A DNA stretch of 64,000 bases from the human T2T-CHM13v2.0 reference genome, Homo sapiens, in assembly GCF_009914755.1 (NCBI RefSeq), contig NC_060925.1. One strand, 5' to 3'. Positions 30,124 to 50,322 of this stretch are shown piece after piece (within the stretch, counting starts at the first letter, position 1; every line of letters begins with the position of its first letter). Below the pieces are notes generated by a model, which saw only the letters and a list, made by a program, of their open reading frames with translations, ran no database searches and was not told the origin of the DNA. Both the position numbers and the translations under genes were made by a program.

Positions 30124-30262
30124 TGAAGTTCTTTCTTTTATAACAGCTGGGTTTGCTGCTGTGGTTAAGAAGGTCTATTTCATACCTACATTGTACATGT
30201 GGTCTCTTCTATTTTATTCTAAGATTTTTGTTCTTTAATTTTATGTTTTCATTTAAATGTAA

Positions 30263-30652
<390 letters not shown>

Positions 30653-30705
30653 TCAATATCATTTACTAAATGAACCATTTTTTTTTGCCTGGCTGTAACA
30701 AATAA

Positions 30706-31227
<522 letters not shown>

Positions 31228-31398
31228 TAGGGTATAAATTCTTCCATATGGATTTAAGGTTATTTTAATGATTTCTTAAAAACTGCCTGCCTGGCCAGGT
31301 GCGGTGGCTCACGCTTGTAATCCCAGCACTTTGGTAAGCCGAGGCAGGTGGATCACTTGAGATCAGGAGTTCAAGGTCAGGAGTTCGAGACCAGCCTA

Positions 31399-31650
<252 letters not shown>

Positions 31651-32260
31651 TTAAATATTTTTGTTGTTACAACGTTAAGTTTTCTTATCCAAGAACAAAT
31701 AACTTTCTACTTGTCTAGCTTTGAACTTTATGTTGTTCAGTAACATTTTTATTATATTCTTCATATACATCCTGTGACTTTGTTCAGCTTATTTATAGGT
31801 ATTTGAAAAAACTTTTTACCAGGCATGGTGGCTAACACTTGTAATCCCAGCACTTTGGGGGCTGCTGAGGCAGGAGGATTGCTTGAGGCCAGGAGTTGGA
31901 GACCAGCCTGGGCAACATAGCCAGATCCTGTCTCTACAGTTTTGTCTTATTTTTTTGTTTTGTTTTTATTTATTTATTTTGGCTCTGTCAGCCAGACTGG
32001 AGTGCAGTGGCGAGATCTCAGCTTACTGCAACCTGCCTCCTGGTCTCAAGTGATCCTCCCACCTCAGCCTCCCAAGTAGCTAGCACTATAGGCTCATGCC
32101 ACTACGCCTGGCTTATTTTTGTATTTTTTGTAGAGATAAAGTTTCACCATGTTGCCCAGGCTCCCGGGCTCAAGTGATTCAGCCACCTCGGCCTCCCAAA
32201 GTGTTGGGATTACAGGCATGAGCAAAAAAAAAAGTTGTTTTAATTAGCCAGTCATGGTGA

Positions 32261-32622
<362 letters not shown>

Positions 32623-32862
32623 TGATCCACCCACCTCAGTCTCCCAAAGTGCTGGGATTACAGGCATGAGCCACCATGCCTGGCCTATGAAAAATTTTTT
32701 AGGATAAAAAATTTAAAAATCTTTTTTTAGAGACAGAGTCTCACTGTGTTACCAGGCTGGCCTTGAACTTCTATGCTCAAACAATCCTGCATCCGCTTCC
32801 TAAGTAGCTGGGACTACAGGAAGTCCCACCACACCGGGCCCTGGGTATTTTATATTATTGAG

Positions 32863-32901
<39 letters not shown>

Positions 32902-32908
32902 TGACAGG

Positions 32909-33530
32909 TGTGTCTGGAATTGGTTCCTTCCGGTGGGTTTGTGGTCTTGCTGACTTCAGGAGTGAAGCCACAGACCCTCCCGGTGAGTGTTACAGCCCTT
33001 AAAGGTGGCATGTCCGCAGTTGTTTGTTCCTCCCGGTGGGTTTGTGGTCTCACTGACTTCAGGAGTGAAGCTGCAGACCTTCGCAATGAGTGTTACAGCT
33101 CTTAAAGGTGGTGCTCCTCCTCAAAGAGTGAGGAGCAGCAAGATTTATTGTGAAGAGTGAAAGAACAAAGCTTCCACAGTGTGGAAGGGGACCCGAGTGG
33201 GTTGCGGCTGCCATCTTGGGTGGCAGCTTTTAGTCCCTTATTTGGCCCCACCCACATCCTGCTGATCAGTCCATTCTACAGAGTGCTAATTGGTCCATTT
33301 TATGGCGTGCTGATTGGTCCATTTTTAGAGAGTGCTGATTGGTGCATTTACAAATCTTTAGCTAGACACAGAGTGCTGATAGGTGCGTTTTTACATAGTG
33401 CTGATTGGTGCATTTACAAACCTTTAGCTAGACACAGAGCACTGACTGGTGTGTTTACAATCCTGTAGCTAGACAGAAAAGTTCTCCAAGTCCCCACCCG
33501 ACCCAGAAGCCCAGCTGGCTTCACCTCTCA
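32909..33530 (-). mobile_element. LTR12-family (ERV9) 3' LTR
   Basis: Reverse complement starts TGAGAGGTGAAGCCAGCTGGGCTTCTGGGTCGGGTGGGGACTTGGAGAAC and ends AATTCCAGACACA. It has CCAATCAGC repeats, tandem U5 repeats and an adjacent polypurine tract at 33531-33541. Confidence 0.92.
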
Positions 33531-35176
<1,646 letters not shown>

Positions 35177-35316
35177 GGGGTCTCCCTATGGTGCCCAGGC
35201 TGGTGTCAAACTCTTGGGCTCAGGCCAGGAACGGTGGTTCACACCTCTAATCCCAGCACTTTGGGAGGCCAAGGCAGGCGGATCATGAGGTCAGGAGATG
35301 GAGACCATCCTGGCTA

Positions 35317-35541
<225 letters not shown>

Positions 35542-36647
35542 TCAAGTGATCCTCCTGCCTTGACCTCCCAAAAGTGCTGGGATTACAGGTATGAATCACT
35601 GCACCCCACCTCTCTTAATTTCTTTTTTTTTTTTTTTTTTTGAGATAGAGTCTCGCTCTGTCACCCAGGCTGGAATGCAGCTGGTGCCATCTTTGCTCAC
35701 TGCAACCTCCACCTCCTGGGTTCAAGTGATCCTCCTGCCTCAGCCTCCTGAATAGCTGGGACTACAGGCGCACGCCACTACACCTGGCTAATTTTTAAAT
35801 TTTTAGTAGAGACAGGGTTTGCCACGTTGGACAGGCTGGTCTCAAACTCCTGACATCAGGTGATCTGTCCGCCTTGGCCTCCCAAAGTGCTGGGATTACA
35901 GGTGTGAGCCACCACACCTGGCCTTAATTTTTTAACATTACATTTTTTTTTCTTTTCATTATATTTTTTCATAACTGTGGTTCTCAAGTACATTAGAGGA
36001 CTTGTATTTGCCTGTGCCCCTAAATAATAGGGTAAACATGCTTTTGACATGTGATTAGAGTAAACTGAACATTCTTGAGACTGGTACAGCTGGGTGCAGT
36101 GGCTCACACCTGGAATCTCAATGCTTTAGGAGGCTGAGGTGGGACAATCCCTTGAGACCAGGAGTTTGAGACCAGCCTGGGAAATATAGCGAGACTGTCT
36201 CCATAAAAATACTTTTTTTTTAAATTAGCCAGTCCTAGCTCCTGTAGTCCCAGCTACTCATGAGGCCGAGAAGGGAGAATCACATGAGTCCAGGAGTTAG
36301 AGACTCCCGTGAGCTACGATTCTACCATTGCACTCCAGCCTGGCAATAGAGCAAGACCTGATCCCTGAAAAAAAAAAGAAAAAGACAGAGAAGAAGAGGA
36401 AAGGCTATTGAATGTTATTAAAGCCTTTTCAGCATCTATTGATATAATCTTAAGGTCTTTCTTCTTTAATTCATGGAATATATTTATTTATTTATTTATT
36501 TTCGAGGCAGAGTTTCGCTTGTGTTGCCCAGACTGGAGTGCAATGGCGCAATCTCAGCTGATTGCAACCTCCGCCTCCCAGGTTCGAGATTCTCCTGCCT
36601 CAGCCTCCCCAGTAGCTGGGATTACAGGCGCCCGCCACCATGCCTGA

Positions 36648-36809
<162 letters not shown>

Positions 36810-36925
36810 TGATATGCTTCCTGATAGTCTAGCCACCCTCATACATTTGGAATGAGCCAGTTTGGTCACCCTGTGGACTTGAATCTGCCTGGGCCCCTAA
36901 ATGATATGGTAAGCTGGTGTGACTG

Positions 36926-37696
<771 letters not shown>

Positions 37697-38103
37697 ACTC
37701 TTGTGTACTGCATTCCAGTTGCTAATGTTTTATTTGGAATGTTTGCCTCTGTTCATTAGTAAAGTTGGTCTATAGTTCTTTCTTGGTACTACATTTTTCA
37801 AGGTTTGGTTTTAAAATTATGTCAGCAGCATAAAATGAATTGGGGAGCTTCTCAATTTTCGATTGGATCAAATAACTGTAATAGGTCAAATAACTATGGA
37901 CCTGTGTGTTCTTTAAAGGTTAAATGGAACATAGTTGGAAAGCTATTAGGTTCTGTTCTTTTTATTATCTAAAGGTGGATCTTTAATCACCTTTCAGGTC
38001 TCTTTTGTGATGTGTATTAGTTCATTCCCACATTGCTATAAAGAAATACCTGAGACTGGGTAATTAATACAGAAAAGAGGTTTAGGCCAGGCGGGGTGGC
38101 TCA

Positions 38104-38476
<373 letters not shown>

Positions 38477-38987
38477 TCATTTGAGGCCAGGAGTTCAAGA
38501 CCAGCCAGGCTAACATGGTGAAACCCCATCTCTACTAAAAATAAAAAAGTTAGCCAGGCATAGTGGTGTGCGCCTATAAGCCCAGCTACTTGGGAGGCTG
38601 AGGCACAAGAATAACTTGAGCCCAGGAGGCAGCGGTTGAAGTGAGCCAAGATCGCATCACTGCACTCCAGATTGGGCGACAGAGTGAGACTGTCTCAAAA
38701 GAAATAAAATAAAAAAATGTGTTGCCATCAAGTTGTACGCAGTATTCTCTTACAATTATTTTTCATTTCTAATTTATTTATGATTGTCTCCTTTCTTATT
38801 CCCAATCTTAAACATTTTTTTCCTGTCTCCTTAGTGAGATTTTTAAGGAGTTTATTATCCTTTTTAAAAAAAAACCAGCTTTCAGATTTATTCATCCTTT
38901 TTACTATTTTTATCTCCTAGTTTACTAATTTCAGCTTTATCTCTTTTAGCTTTTAGTTTTTATTTTTTTCTTAAGATGAGTTTTTAG

Positions 38988-39242
<255 letters not shown>

Positions 39243-39395
39243 TGAACTCCTGACCTTATGCGATCCGCCCACCTCAGCCTCCCAAAGTGCTAGGATTACA
39301 GGTGTGAGCCACCGGCCTCATAAATGATTATTAAATCAACTTTGTTTATTCAGCTCTTAAGTTCCTCTGTGTTTTTGCCTATTAGTCAGTACTAA

Positions 39396-39635
<240 letters not shown>

Positions 39636-39774
39636 TAGTAGAGATGGGGTTTCACCGTGTTAGCCAGGCTAGTCTCGATCTCCTGACCTTATGATCCGCC
39701 CGCCTTGGCCTCCCAAAGTGCTGGGATTACAGGAGTGAGCCACCGTGCCCGGCCTTTTTTTTTTCTTTTTTTGA

Positions 39775-39879
<105 letters not shown>

Positions 39880-40078
39880 TGATAGCTGGGATTACAGGTG
39901 TGTGCCACTATATCTGGCTAATTTTGGATTTTTAGTAGAGACGGGGTTTCACCATGTTGGCCAGGCTGGTCTCAAACACTGACCTCAGGTGATCCACATG
40001 CCTCGGCCTCCCAAAGTGCTGGGATTGGAGGCATGAGCTACCATGCCCAGCTGTCTCTTCTATTTCAGTTTTTTTTAG

Positions 40079-40388
<310 letters not shown>

Positions 40389-40699
40389 TGATCTCAAACT
40401 CCTGGCCTCAGGTGATCTGCCCAACTCGGCCTCCCAAAGTGCTGGGATTACAGGCATAAGCCACTGCACCTAGCCTGCAATGGATATTAATGGACTTTCT
40501 GAAATTTATTATATATAACATATATTAATACATAAATATATAATTACATAAGCATAAAATATATAAATGAACATAGACATATATATTGTATTATAGCTGT
40601 GTTCCTCTGTAATCATATGTGTTTTATTTTTGCACTTAAAAACATTCAGAGAAGGGGTGTATGGCACACAAGGAAAGGCTAAGAACTCCTACCTTTAAC

Positions 40700-41990
40700 A
40701 ATCCCACCTGCCCTTACAACTTCAGTAACCATTTTTCCACCGATGACTCACCTGAATTTTTTTCTCCAATTCAGATCTCTCTTGAATTCCAGACCCGCGT
40801 ATTTACATACAAATACCTCCACTTGAGACGCCCAAGTGAGGCTTTAAAGGAACCTCTAACACAACATGTCCAAAACAAAACTCATTTTCCTCTTCAGTCT
40901 GATCACTTTCCAATGAAAACTTTCTCAGAATATGGTGCTGGGAAAGCTAGTAGCCTAGTCCATCTCCCTCACCTCCATATCTAATCCTCACCAAGGTCTG
41001 TTGATTTAATCTCCTAAACTTTGTTCATTTCTGTCTACTTTCCTCATAATGTGGAGGCGACCTTACTTGTTTTAGTGGAATGGGAAGGGCACAGGTCAGA
41101 TAGACGTGGGTTAATGAGTAGTGAGTAGGAGGTACAAAAAAGGAGAGCATAAATACAGACAATTCCTTTGGAAACTTTGGACAAAGAATCCTGAAAGATT
41201 TTGGAAGATGGTATCTTTCATTCCTTCAATCCAAACAACACTGTTCCCTGGCCAGTAAATAGGCAGAGCCTCAGATCTCTTGCTGAGCTTTTACAAGGTA
41301 AACCAGCATAAAAACACCCCCCTCTCCTCAGTGAGGATATGAAAGAATTTGTGTGTGCTTGGAGGTGGGAGGTTCCTGTAATATTACAAAACTAATACTA
41401 CAAGGCGTGCATCTGGACGGATACAGTAACCTCTTTATTGATTTCCTTCATCCATCCCTGCTCTCCTCCAAACTGTTTTCCATGGGGCAGCCAGGAACTT
41501 CAAATGTAATTTCTGATCATATTTAAATTCCTTCCTTTGCCTTCCTCACTAGTTTTTTCTCCCTGACTCTCCAGATTCATACTCTGGACCACAGCCACTG
41601 GAGACGTATTTGGATTCCTCACACTATGTCCTCTTCTATCACAGGCCTTCATATGTGCTGTCCCCTCTGCTCTCTCCGCCCTTTCGTTGCTTAATTAACT
41701 CCGACTGATTCATCAGCTCTTAGCTGAAATGTCATTTCTTCAGGGAAGTTTTCATTGCCCTCCAGGACAGGCTAGGACTCCTGACTTTAATCACATCCTG
41801 TCCTTTTCCTTTATAGTACTTGTCATAGTTTGCAGTTACATATTTGTTGTGATTATTTGATTAACACCTGTCATTTCTAACAGTTGGGACCCCTATGAAG
41901 GGAGGAAGGGGCCTCTTTTCATACCATGGTATCCTCAACCATGATACTAAGATAGCATAATGCCTAGCACACTGAAGATACTCAATAATG
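40700..41990. mobile_element. Ancient L2 fragments
   Basis: Degenerate L2 motifs such as CAACATGTCCAAAAC, CAGCTCTTAGCTGAAATGTCATTTCTTCAGGGAAG and TGCCTAGCACA..ACTCAATAA. Confidence 0.6.
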
Positions 41991-42685
41991 TGTGTGTATG
42001 TGTATACTGGCCAAGGGCCTGGATATGCAAAGCAAAGTAAACATGGACTGTGGTGATCTCATAAGGAGACACTAAACTGAGTGGCTATTTCAGAGCTCCC
42101 TGAAGAACATCTCTATGGTTAGTCCTCTGTCATCGGCAGCATATAATAGGATATACCATCTACTTGTTTGGTTTCTGAATCATCTGAATCCACCCACACT
42201 CAGCAATGTGGACTCTCAGCTTTCAGAGAGAGACCAACTTTGAGATAATTGCCATTTCTTTTTTTTTTTTTTTTTGAGACAGAGCCTTGCTCTGTCACTC
42301 AAGCTGGAGTGCAGCGGCATGATTTTGGCTCACTACAACCTCCACATCCTGGGTTCAAGTGATTCTCGTGCCTCAGCCTCCTGAGTAGCTGGGATTACAG
42401 GCATGCACCACCAGGCCTGCTATTTTGTATTTTTAGTAGAGACAGGGTTTCACCATGTTAGCCAAGCTGGTCTTGAACTCCTGGCCTCATGATTCACCTG
42501 CCTTGGCCTCCCAAAGTGCTGGGATTACAGGTGTGAGCCACCATGCCCAGCCCTATTTCTTCATTTGACCAATATTTATTCTGAACCTACCCCTACTGTA
42601 TTCAAACACTGTACTGGGGGTGGAAAAACACAGATGAATGAGGCCTGGCTATTATTCTCAAGGAATTTATAGTTTGGAAGCATAG

Positions 42686-42979
<294 letters not shown>

Positions 42980-43396
42980 TGATCCACCTGCCTCAGACTC
43001 CCAAAGTGCTGGGATTACAGGCATGAGCCACCGTGCCCAGCCCACACTCCAAAGTTTTAAAGGATCTCAGAGAAGAGAGTGACTATCAAAGCATTTTGCA
43101 AAACCCTAGCTTAGCTGGGTGCGGTGGCTCATGCCTGTAATCCCAGCACTTTGGGAGGCCAAGGCGGGTGGATCACGAGGTCAGGAGATCGAGACCATCC
43201 TGGCTAACTTGGTGAAACCCCTCCTCTACTAAAAATACAAAAAAAAATTAGCCAGGCATGGTGGCACGCACCTGTAGTCCCAGCTACTTGGGAGACTGAG
43301 GCAGGAGAATCACTTGAACCCGGGAGTCAGAGGTTGCAGTCAGGCAAGATCACGCCATTGCACTCTAGCCTGGGCGACAGAGCGAGACTCCATCTC

Positions 43397-43427
<31 letters not shown>

Positions 43428-43562
43428 CCCTAGTTTATGGAAGTCTTGGTCGAGGTGGCTTATGCCTGTAATCCCAGGAGGCCAGGAGGTTGAGACCAGC
43501 ATGGGCAATATAGTGAGACCTCTGTCTCTACAACAAATTTAGCAAATTTAAATTTAAGTTTA

Positions 43563-43899
<337 letters not shown>

Positions 43900-44084
43900 C
43901 TACTTGGGAGGCTAAGCCCAGGAGTTTTCAGGGCTGCAGTGAGCTATGATTGCACCACTACACTCCAGCCTGGATGACAGAGTAAGACCCTGTCTGTAAA
44001 AGAGAAAAAAAAGTGCTATTTAGAATGACTACCCAAGGGGGCATACTTTTCAAACCTTCTAAGCTCTAACTTTGGACCTGTTTA

Positions 44085-44366
<282 letters not shown>

Positions 44367-45263
44367 TCAGCTGCAATTAAGCCACTGCACTTCAGCCTGG
44401 ACAACAGAGCAAAACTCTTTCTCAAAACAAACAAAAAAACCGTCACTAGATTGCTTTTTATGTCCTTGGCTTTCATTAGACATAACAAAAAGTATCCATG
44501 TGAATTTTGCTTTAGCATTTGTTGTTAAAATCTTCCTGATTACTTTATTAAATCATTCACTGTTTCCTAATAAAATCACATGAGAAACTACCTTTAGAAT
44601 TTGGTTATATAGGGAAAAAAAATCTATGATGTCTCCTATGATTAATTCATTCCTTTCAGATGACAAAATCTATTCAATATGTACTGTGTTTTCATTTTTA
44701 CCCTAGCATCCAGGAAGCTCAGAACTACATTTCTTTCTTTTTTTTTTTTTGAGACAGGGTCTCACTCTGTCTCCCAGGCTGGAGTACAGTGGCACAATCT
44801 CAAGGTGGCGAGTCCAAGCAATTCTCCCACCTCAAACTCTCCAGTGGCTGGGATTACAAGTGTGCATCACCACGCCTGGCTAGTTTTTGTATTTTTAGTA
44901 GAGGCAGGGTTTTACCATGTTGGCCAAGCTGGTCTTGAACTCCTAGCTTCAAGTGATCCACCCGCCTCGGCCTCCAAAGTGCTGGGATTACAGGCGTGAG
45001 CCACCGCACCCAGCCGATAACTACATTTCAAATTCAGTTACAGTCTTGTTTAACCCCATGATAATTGTGATCTCCTTTTTCTCTGGCCCTAATTTTCTAT
45101 TTCTAGTTTTCTAGCCTATTGTAAAGACCCTTTATGCTCTTATGGACAAGAGAGGAGATAAAATTAACATTTGGTATGCTGATTTTAGAATTATTTCTGC
45201 AATTTTTACAAAGATAAATGCAAAGATATATGTCCTATGTTATGATATTTAAAGAATTTGTAG

Positions 45264-45335
45264 AGGTTACTCCGGGCATACTGCATGCCTATGGGGTAGC
45301 TCTGTTCCACAAGGAGCAGAAAAAAAAAAAAAAAA
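45264..45335 (+). mobile_element. Short poly(A)-tailed retroposed insert
   Basis: ~56-nt body plus A-tail, flanked by AAAGAATTTGTAG / AAAAAATTTGTAG, with an L1 endonuclease-like site TTT|AAAG. Confidence 0.75.
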
Positions 45336-46454
45336 TTTGTAGTAACTGAAGAGGATCCAGAGAAAAGCAATAGAAAAAGAACAATGAATGGGCACTGGGG
45401 TAGTATGCCCATATTCTCCAACTCAAATATTGTGGCACATTGATGTAGCATATGGGCTAATAGAAGTGAATATCTGTAATTCGGACTGTCCTGAAAAATC
45501 CTGGAGATATGTTGAAGACAGATCCCAGGAGTCATGGTCATTATTCAGTATATATGAGAAGGTACAGAAAGGCTTTATCCTTTCTTTGGATCAGATTCCT
45601 TTGATGATCTGTTGAAAACACTGGAACTGCTCCCCAGAAAAATACAGACGCGCAGAGTTTCAGAAAGCAGAACCCCCCTGTTATCTATTTATTTTTCCAC
45701 AATATCAAAAGCACTTTACAGCTGGTATTGCTGTAAAGAGTTCAGAAAGATGAGGAAGAACCTGAGCTGCCAAGTCAGATGGGAAGAATGGCAAATCAGC
45801 TACCAGCTGAAGTTCTTAACACTCTGAAGCCATTCTTAGACGGTTTAAGCCAGTGGGTGCTTTTTGTAGGTTCTCAACGTTTTAAAGTAACATATCCCTT
45901 TGATGAGCTGCTTAAGGTATGGGTCAGCTATCTCAAAAATACTCCCACAAACACCCCCACCCTCGCTCCCACCCCACAAATCTGCAAATAATTTCATGGG
46001 GTTCATGGACTTGCTAAAGCCCATCCTCCAATACTCGCTTCTGTTTAAGTGCAGACTTCCCAGGGCTCAGCGGAATGCCCTTGATGACCTTTAACAATCA
46101 CCCTTTTATCATGGGGACAAGAGCGGCCTAGAAGGAGGTTTTTGGAGTCACCAGACCCCCATGGCCCCTCACCAGGCCCCTTCAAGCTCTCCCCTCCCCC
46201 ACGCCCGCGCAGCGCAGGTGCGAAAACCTTAGGGGCCACCCGGGCGCGACAGCCCCAAAGCGGGGGGGATGGGACCCTGGGAGGGGCGGGGGTGGGGGTG
46301 GGGGCCTTCCCGGTGTTGCTTGGTGACCACGCTCTCCGCCCAGACCGTTCCATTTCTTCAGCAGGGGGCGCCCCGGGCCGGGCCGGCACTGACCAGCCTC
46401 GCAGAGCCACCCTCTTCCGGCCTGCCCCCCTCTGCCGGGCGATGGTGTGCGCCC

Positions 46455-46464
46455 GTGACGTCAC
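46455..46464. promoter_or_regulatory. Full palindromic CRE (GTGACGTCAC)
   Basis: Perfect TGACGTCA at 46456-46463, ~140 nt upstream of the ATG. Confidence 0.8.
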
Positions 46465-46598
46465 AGAAGGCGGGGCCAGCGCCGCTGCCGGGTGCTGGAG
46501 GCGCCATTGGAGCCGGCTTGGCTGGCGAGCCCGGCTGAGGAGCCTCTTGGGTCGCACTTACCGCCGCGTCCGCTCCCGGTCCCTGGCCCCTCAGCGGC

Positions 46599-46818
46599 AT
46601 GGCGTGCGGGGCGACGCTGAAGCGGCCCATGGAGTTCGAGGCGGCGCTGCTGAGCCCCGGCTCCCCGAAGCGGCGGCGCTGCGCCCCTCTGCCCGGCCCC
46701 ACTCCGGGCCTCAGGCCCCCGGACGCCGAGCCGCCGCCGCCGTTTCAGACGCAGACCCCACCGCAGAGTCTGCAGCAGCCCGCCCCGCCCGGCAGCGAGC
46801 GGCGCCTTCCAACTCCGG
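46599..46818 (+). CDS. AKIRIN1: Akirin-1 coding exon 1 (aa 1-73)
   Basis: ATG in strong Kozak context (GGCATGG), with an in-frame stop upstream at 46536-46538. Translates [28 protein letters not shown]..., the conserved akirin N-terminus with the KRRRC nuclear localisation signal. Donor G|GTAACC at 46819. Confidence 0.98.
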
Positions 46819-48676
46819 GTAACCTGCCCTGCTCTGGGTTTGGCAGGAAGCCAGGCCCAGGCATTTTTTGGGGGGGGTGGTGGGGGAGGGTTGGGAATAC
46901 CAGGCCAGTTTACCCAGGGACCCCTTCTTTGCCTTGAGAAAAGGGAACTGGGATGCCGCTGGGCCTGGTTGCTTCCGGTGATGGGAGGCATCCGGGAGGG
47001 GTAATGGGGCCACAGGGTCGGTTTTAGGTTTTCCTGGGGGAGGAGAGCCTGGAGGGGTGGACACCAAGAGGAAGATGGGAATACCTCTGGCCGCTCCGGG
47101 CCCTCCCTGTCGCTGAAGCCCCTCCTTCCTCCGCTGGCCGGGTCTGCACCGAGCAACCCTGCAGATCCAGTGGGCCATGGAAAATTGGATTCTACTCACG
47201 AACCTGGCCTGGAGGGCGGGGGTGGGATGGGGGCGGGTTACCGGGAAGGGGCGCGAGTGCGTGCTGTTTAGCCCTGTAGGGAGACATGATTTCCAGAAGT
47301 CTTTAGGAACCCAGAGGCCGCCGCAAGAGTCACGGAATCCGATTTCAACCTGATAATTTCTAAGGGACTGGCCACGTTCTTTTATTATATGGCTATTGCC
47401 TCGTACCATATATGGCTTGAAATCGGTAGATCATTAGCTAGAATTTGAGAATCCTACGACATACGGAGGTTCTACAGAACTAAGAATGTAACTGTCCTTA
47501 ACAGGGACTCTCCTTCAGTAAGGCGTTCCACTTTGTCCAAGGAAAAGGACTGGCGTTACAGTAGACACCTCATAGCGCAGGAGTAGAGGGGAGGGTGCTT
47601 CAGCATTAATATTCTGCGATTTTAAAGGACTTCCGGAAATGAGGGGGGCGTCTCAATAATGGATTTGGGCAAGTCGTTTCTTTGTGTGTTTTTCTATTCC
47701 TCAAGCTTAAGCAAAACCTTAGGCTCACCGTAAAATCATCCTTTCCACCCCTTTTCAGTAGCAGTGCCTTCAGGTTTCATTTCCTCCTTCCTCTGCATAT
47801 CGATCCACAATGCAAATTGCAGGCCCTCATCCTCACACCAAGATTCCTACACCCAGCTAAAGCTGTCCCAGACTTCATATCCTTAACTCGAGTTCACCTT
47901 TTTAATCCTAGAATTCAAAGGACTTATGAACTGTGACCATATCTTACCTAGTCAGTCTCTTACACATTTTTTTCAAACTGTGCCTCTGCTTTTTCCCCCA
48001 GACCCACCGCTCTGTGCCCTTATCATGTTTTTCCCTTCTATTTGCTAATCCCAAAAGAGTAATTTCAAGTCTCTTATCCATTAGCTGACTAACCTGCCCA
48101 TAAAAAACGCTGTTCTACTTAAATTCCCCGGCCATTCAATGTTGTATAACCTTATGTACAGGATGAGATAATGTTTGCAAAAGTCCATTTTAAAGAACCC
48201 TCAAAGACAGGCGCCATAGATGGCCACTTGCAGTGATGTTTTGTTCTTCCCTAGCTCCTGCAGATACCTAAAGATAGTCCATAATCTTTTTGGGTCTCAC
48301 TTCTGCAAATTGGAGTTCATACTTGCGCTATCTTTTGTTGAAGAACCCTCAAGATAGTTGCAAAAAGTATTTTGAAAAGTATAAAGTGATGGGTTTAATG
48401 TAAATGTTTTATTCAATACTACTATCCTCTAGACTAATTTGGTTGTAGTTCACATTACAGTAGCTGCTTCGTAAGTGATTTTTGGGCTGGGCGAGGTGGC
48501 TTATGCCTGTAATCCCAGCACTTCGGGAGGCCATGGTGGGTGGATCAAGAGACCGAGACCATCCTGGCCAACATGGTGAAAACCCTGTTTCTACTAAAAA
48601 TAGCCGGGCGAGGTTGCATTGAGCCAAGATCGCGCCACTGCACTCCAGCCTGGCGACAGAGCGAGACTCCATCTTA

Positions 48677-49002
<326 letters not shown>

Positions 49003-49127
49003 CTAAGGCCGGGCGCAGTGGCTCACTCCTATAATCCCAGCACTTTGGGAGGCGGAGGCGGGCGGATCACCTGAGGTCGGGAGTTCAAGACCACCCTGAC
49101 ACACATGGAGAAATCCTGTCTCTACTA

Positions 49128-49286
<159 letters not shown>

Positions 49287-49327
49287 TCAAAAAAAAAAAA
49301 AAGCTAAAAAATTAGCTGGGCAATTTT

Positions 49328-49522
49328 TCTGAAATCCGAAATGCTGCAAAGTCTGAACTGATCCAAAAATTGAGTGTCAATATGACACTCAAAGGAAATA
49401 CTTATTCACTGGAGTTTTTCTCATTTGGGGTAAGGGATGTTCAATTGGTAAGTATAATGCAACTATTCCACAATCCAAAACTTCTGTCTCAAGCATTTTG
49501 GATGAGGGATGCTCAATCTGTA
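49328..49522. mobile_element. Tigger4/MER46-type MITE
   Basis: TCTGAAATCCGAAATGCT...AAGCATTTTGGATGAGGGATGCTCAATCTG|TA. Confidence 0.65.
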
Positions 49523-49745
49523 TGGTACTTTTTGTGGAAAGGTCCTGTAAAACTAAGCCTTTTATTGCTTAAATCTTTATTGAGTGCTAGGTGAATTCCA
49601 GACATGGAAGAAGGGGGTTGCTGACCGCAGGAAATATTTGTAAACGTAATGTGCAAAGCAATTAACTGATTATGACTTGAGAGTCTGAGAATAACTTCTG
49701 AATTAAGGTAGCATTTTAGCTGAGTCTTTTTTTGTTGTTTTTTGA

Positions 49746-50322
<577 letters not shown>

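Larger units (their letters stand above)
46150..47350. promoter_or_regulatory. CpG island / AKIRIN1 promoter
   Basis: Sharp rise in GC and CpG content, repeat-free, spans exon 1. Contains GC boxes (GGGGCGGGG ~46283, GGCGGGG ~46469), an ETS core CTTCCGG at 46414-46420, and no TATA box. Confidence 0.92.

Noticed and set aside
32864-32899. Poly(T) next to LTR12 as the tail of an L1-processed HERV copy
   Set aside because: The LTR retains U5, and the T-run is separated from it by AGTGACAGG, which belongs to the host Alu monomer.
32920-33470. Regularly spaced repeats resembling an array
   Set aside because: These are the normal U3 CCAAT repeats and U5 tandem repeats of LTR12; not CRISPR-like and with no unique spacers.
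46819-46937. Extension of the 112-aa ORF beyond exon 1
   Set aside because: Intron read-through past the donor at 46819; the akirin frame resumes at 53386.
46045-47409. Long overlapping ORFs on both strands at the promoter (170-232 aa)
   Set aside because: Expected from stop-codon scarcity in a CpG island; low-complexity Arg/Gly/Pro/Ala content and no recognisable domain.
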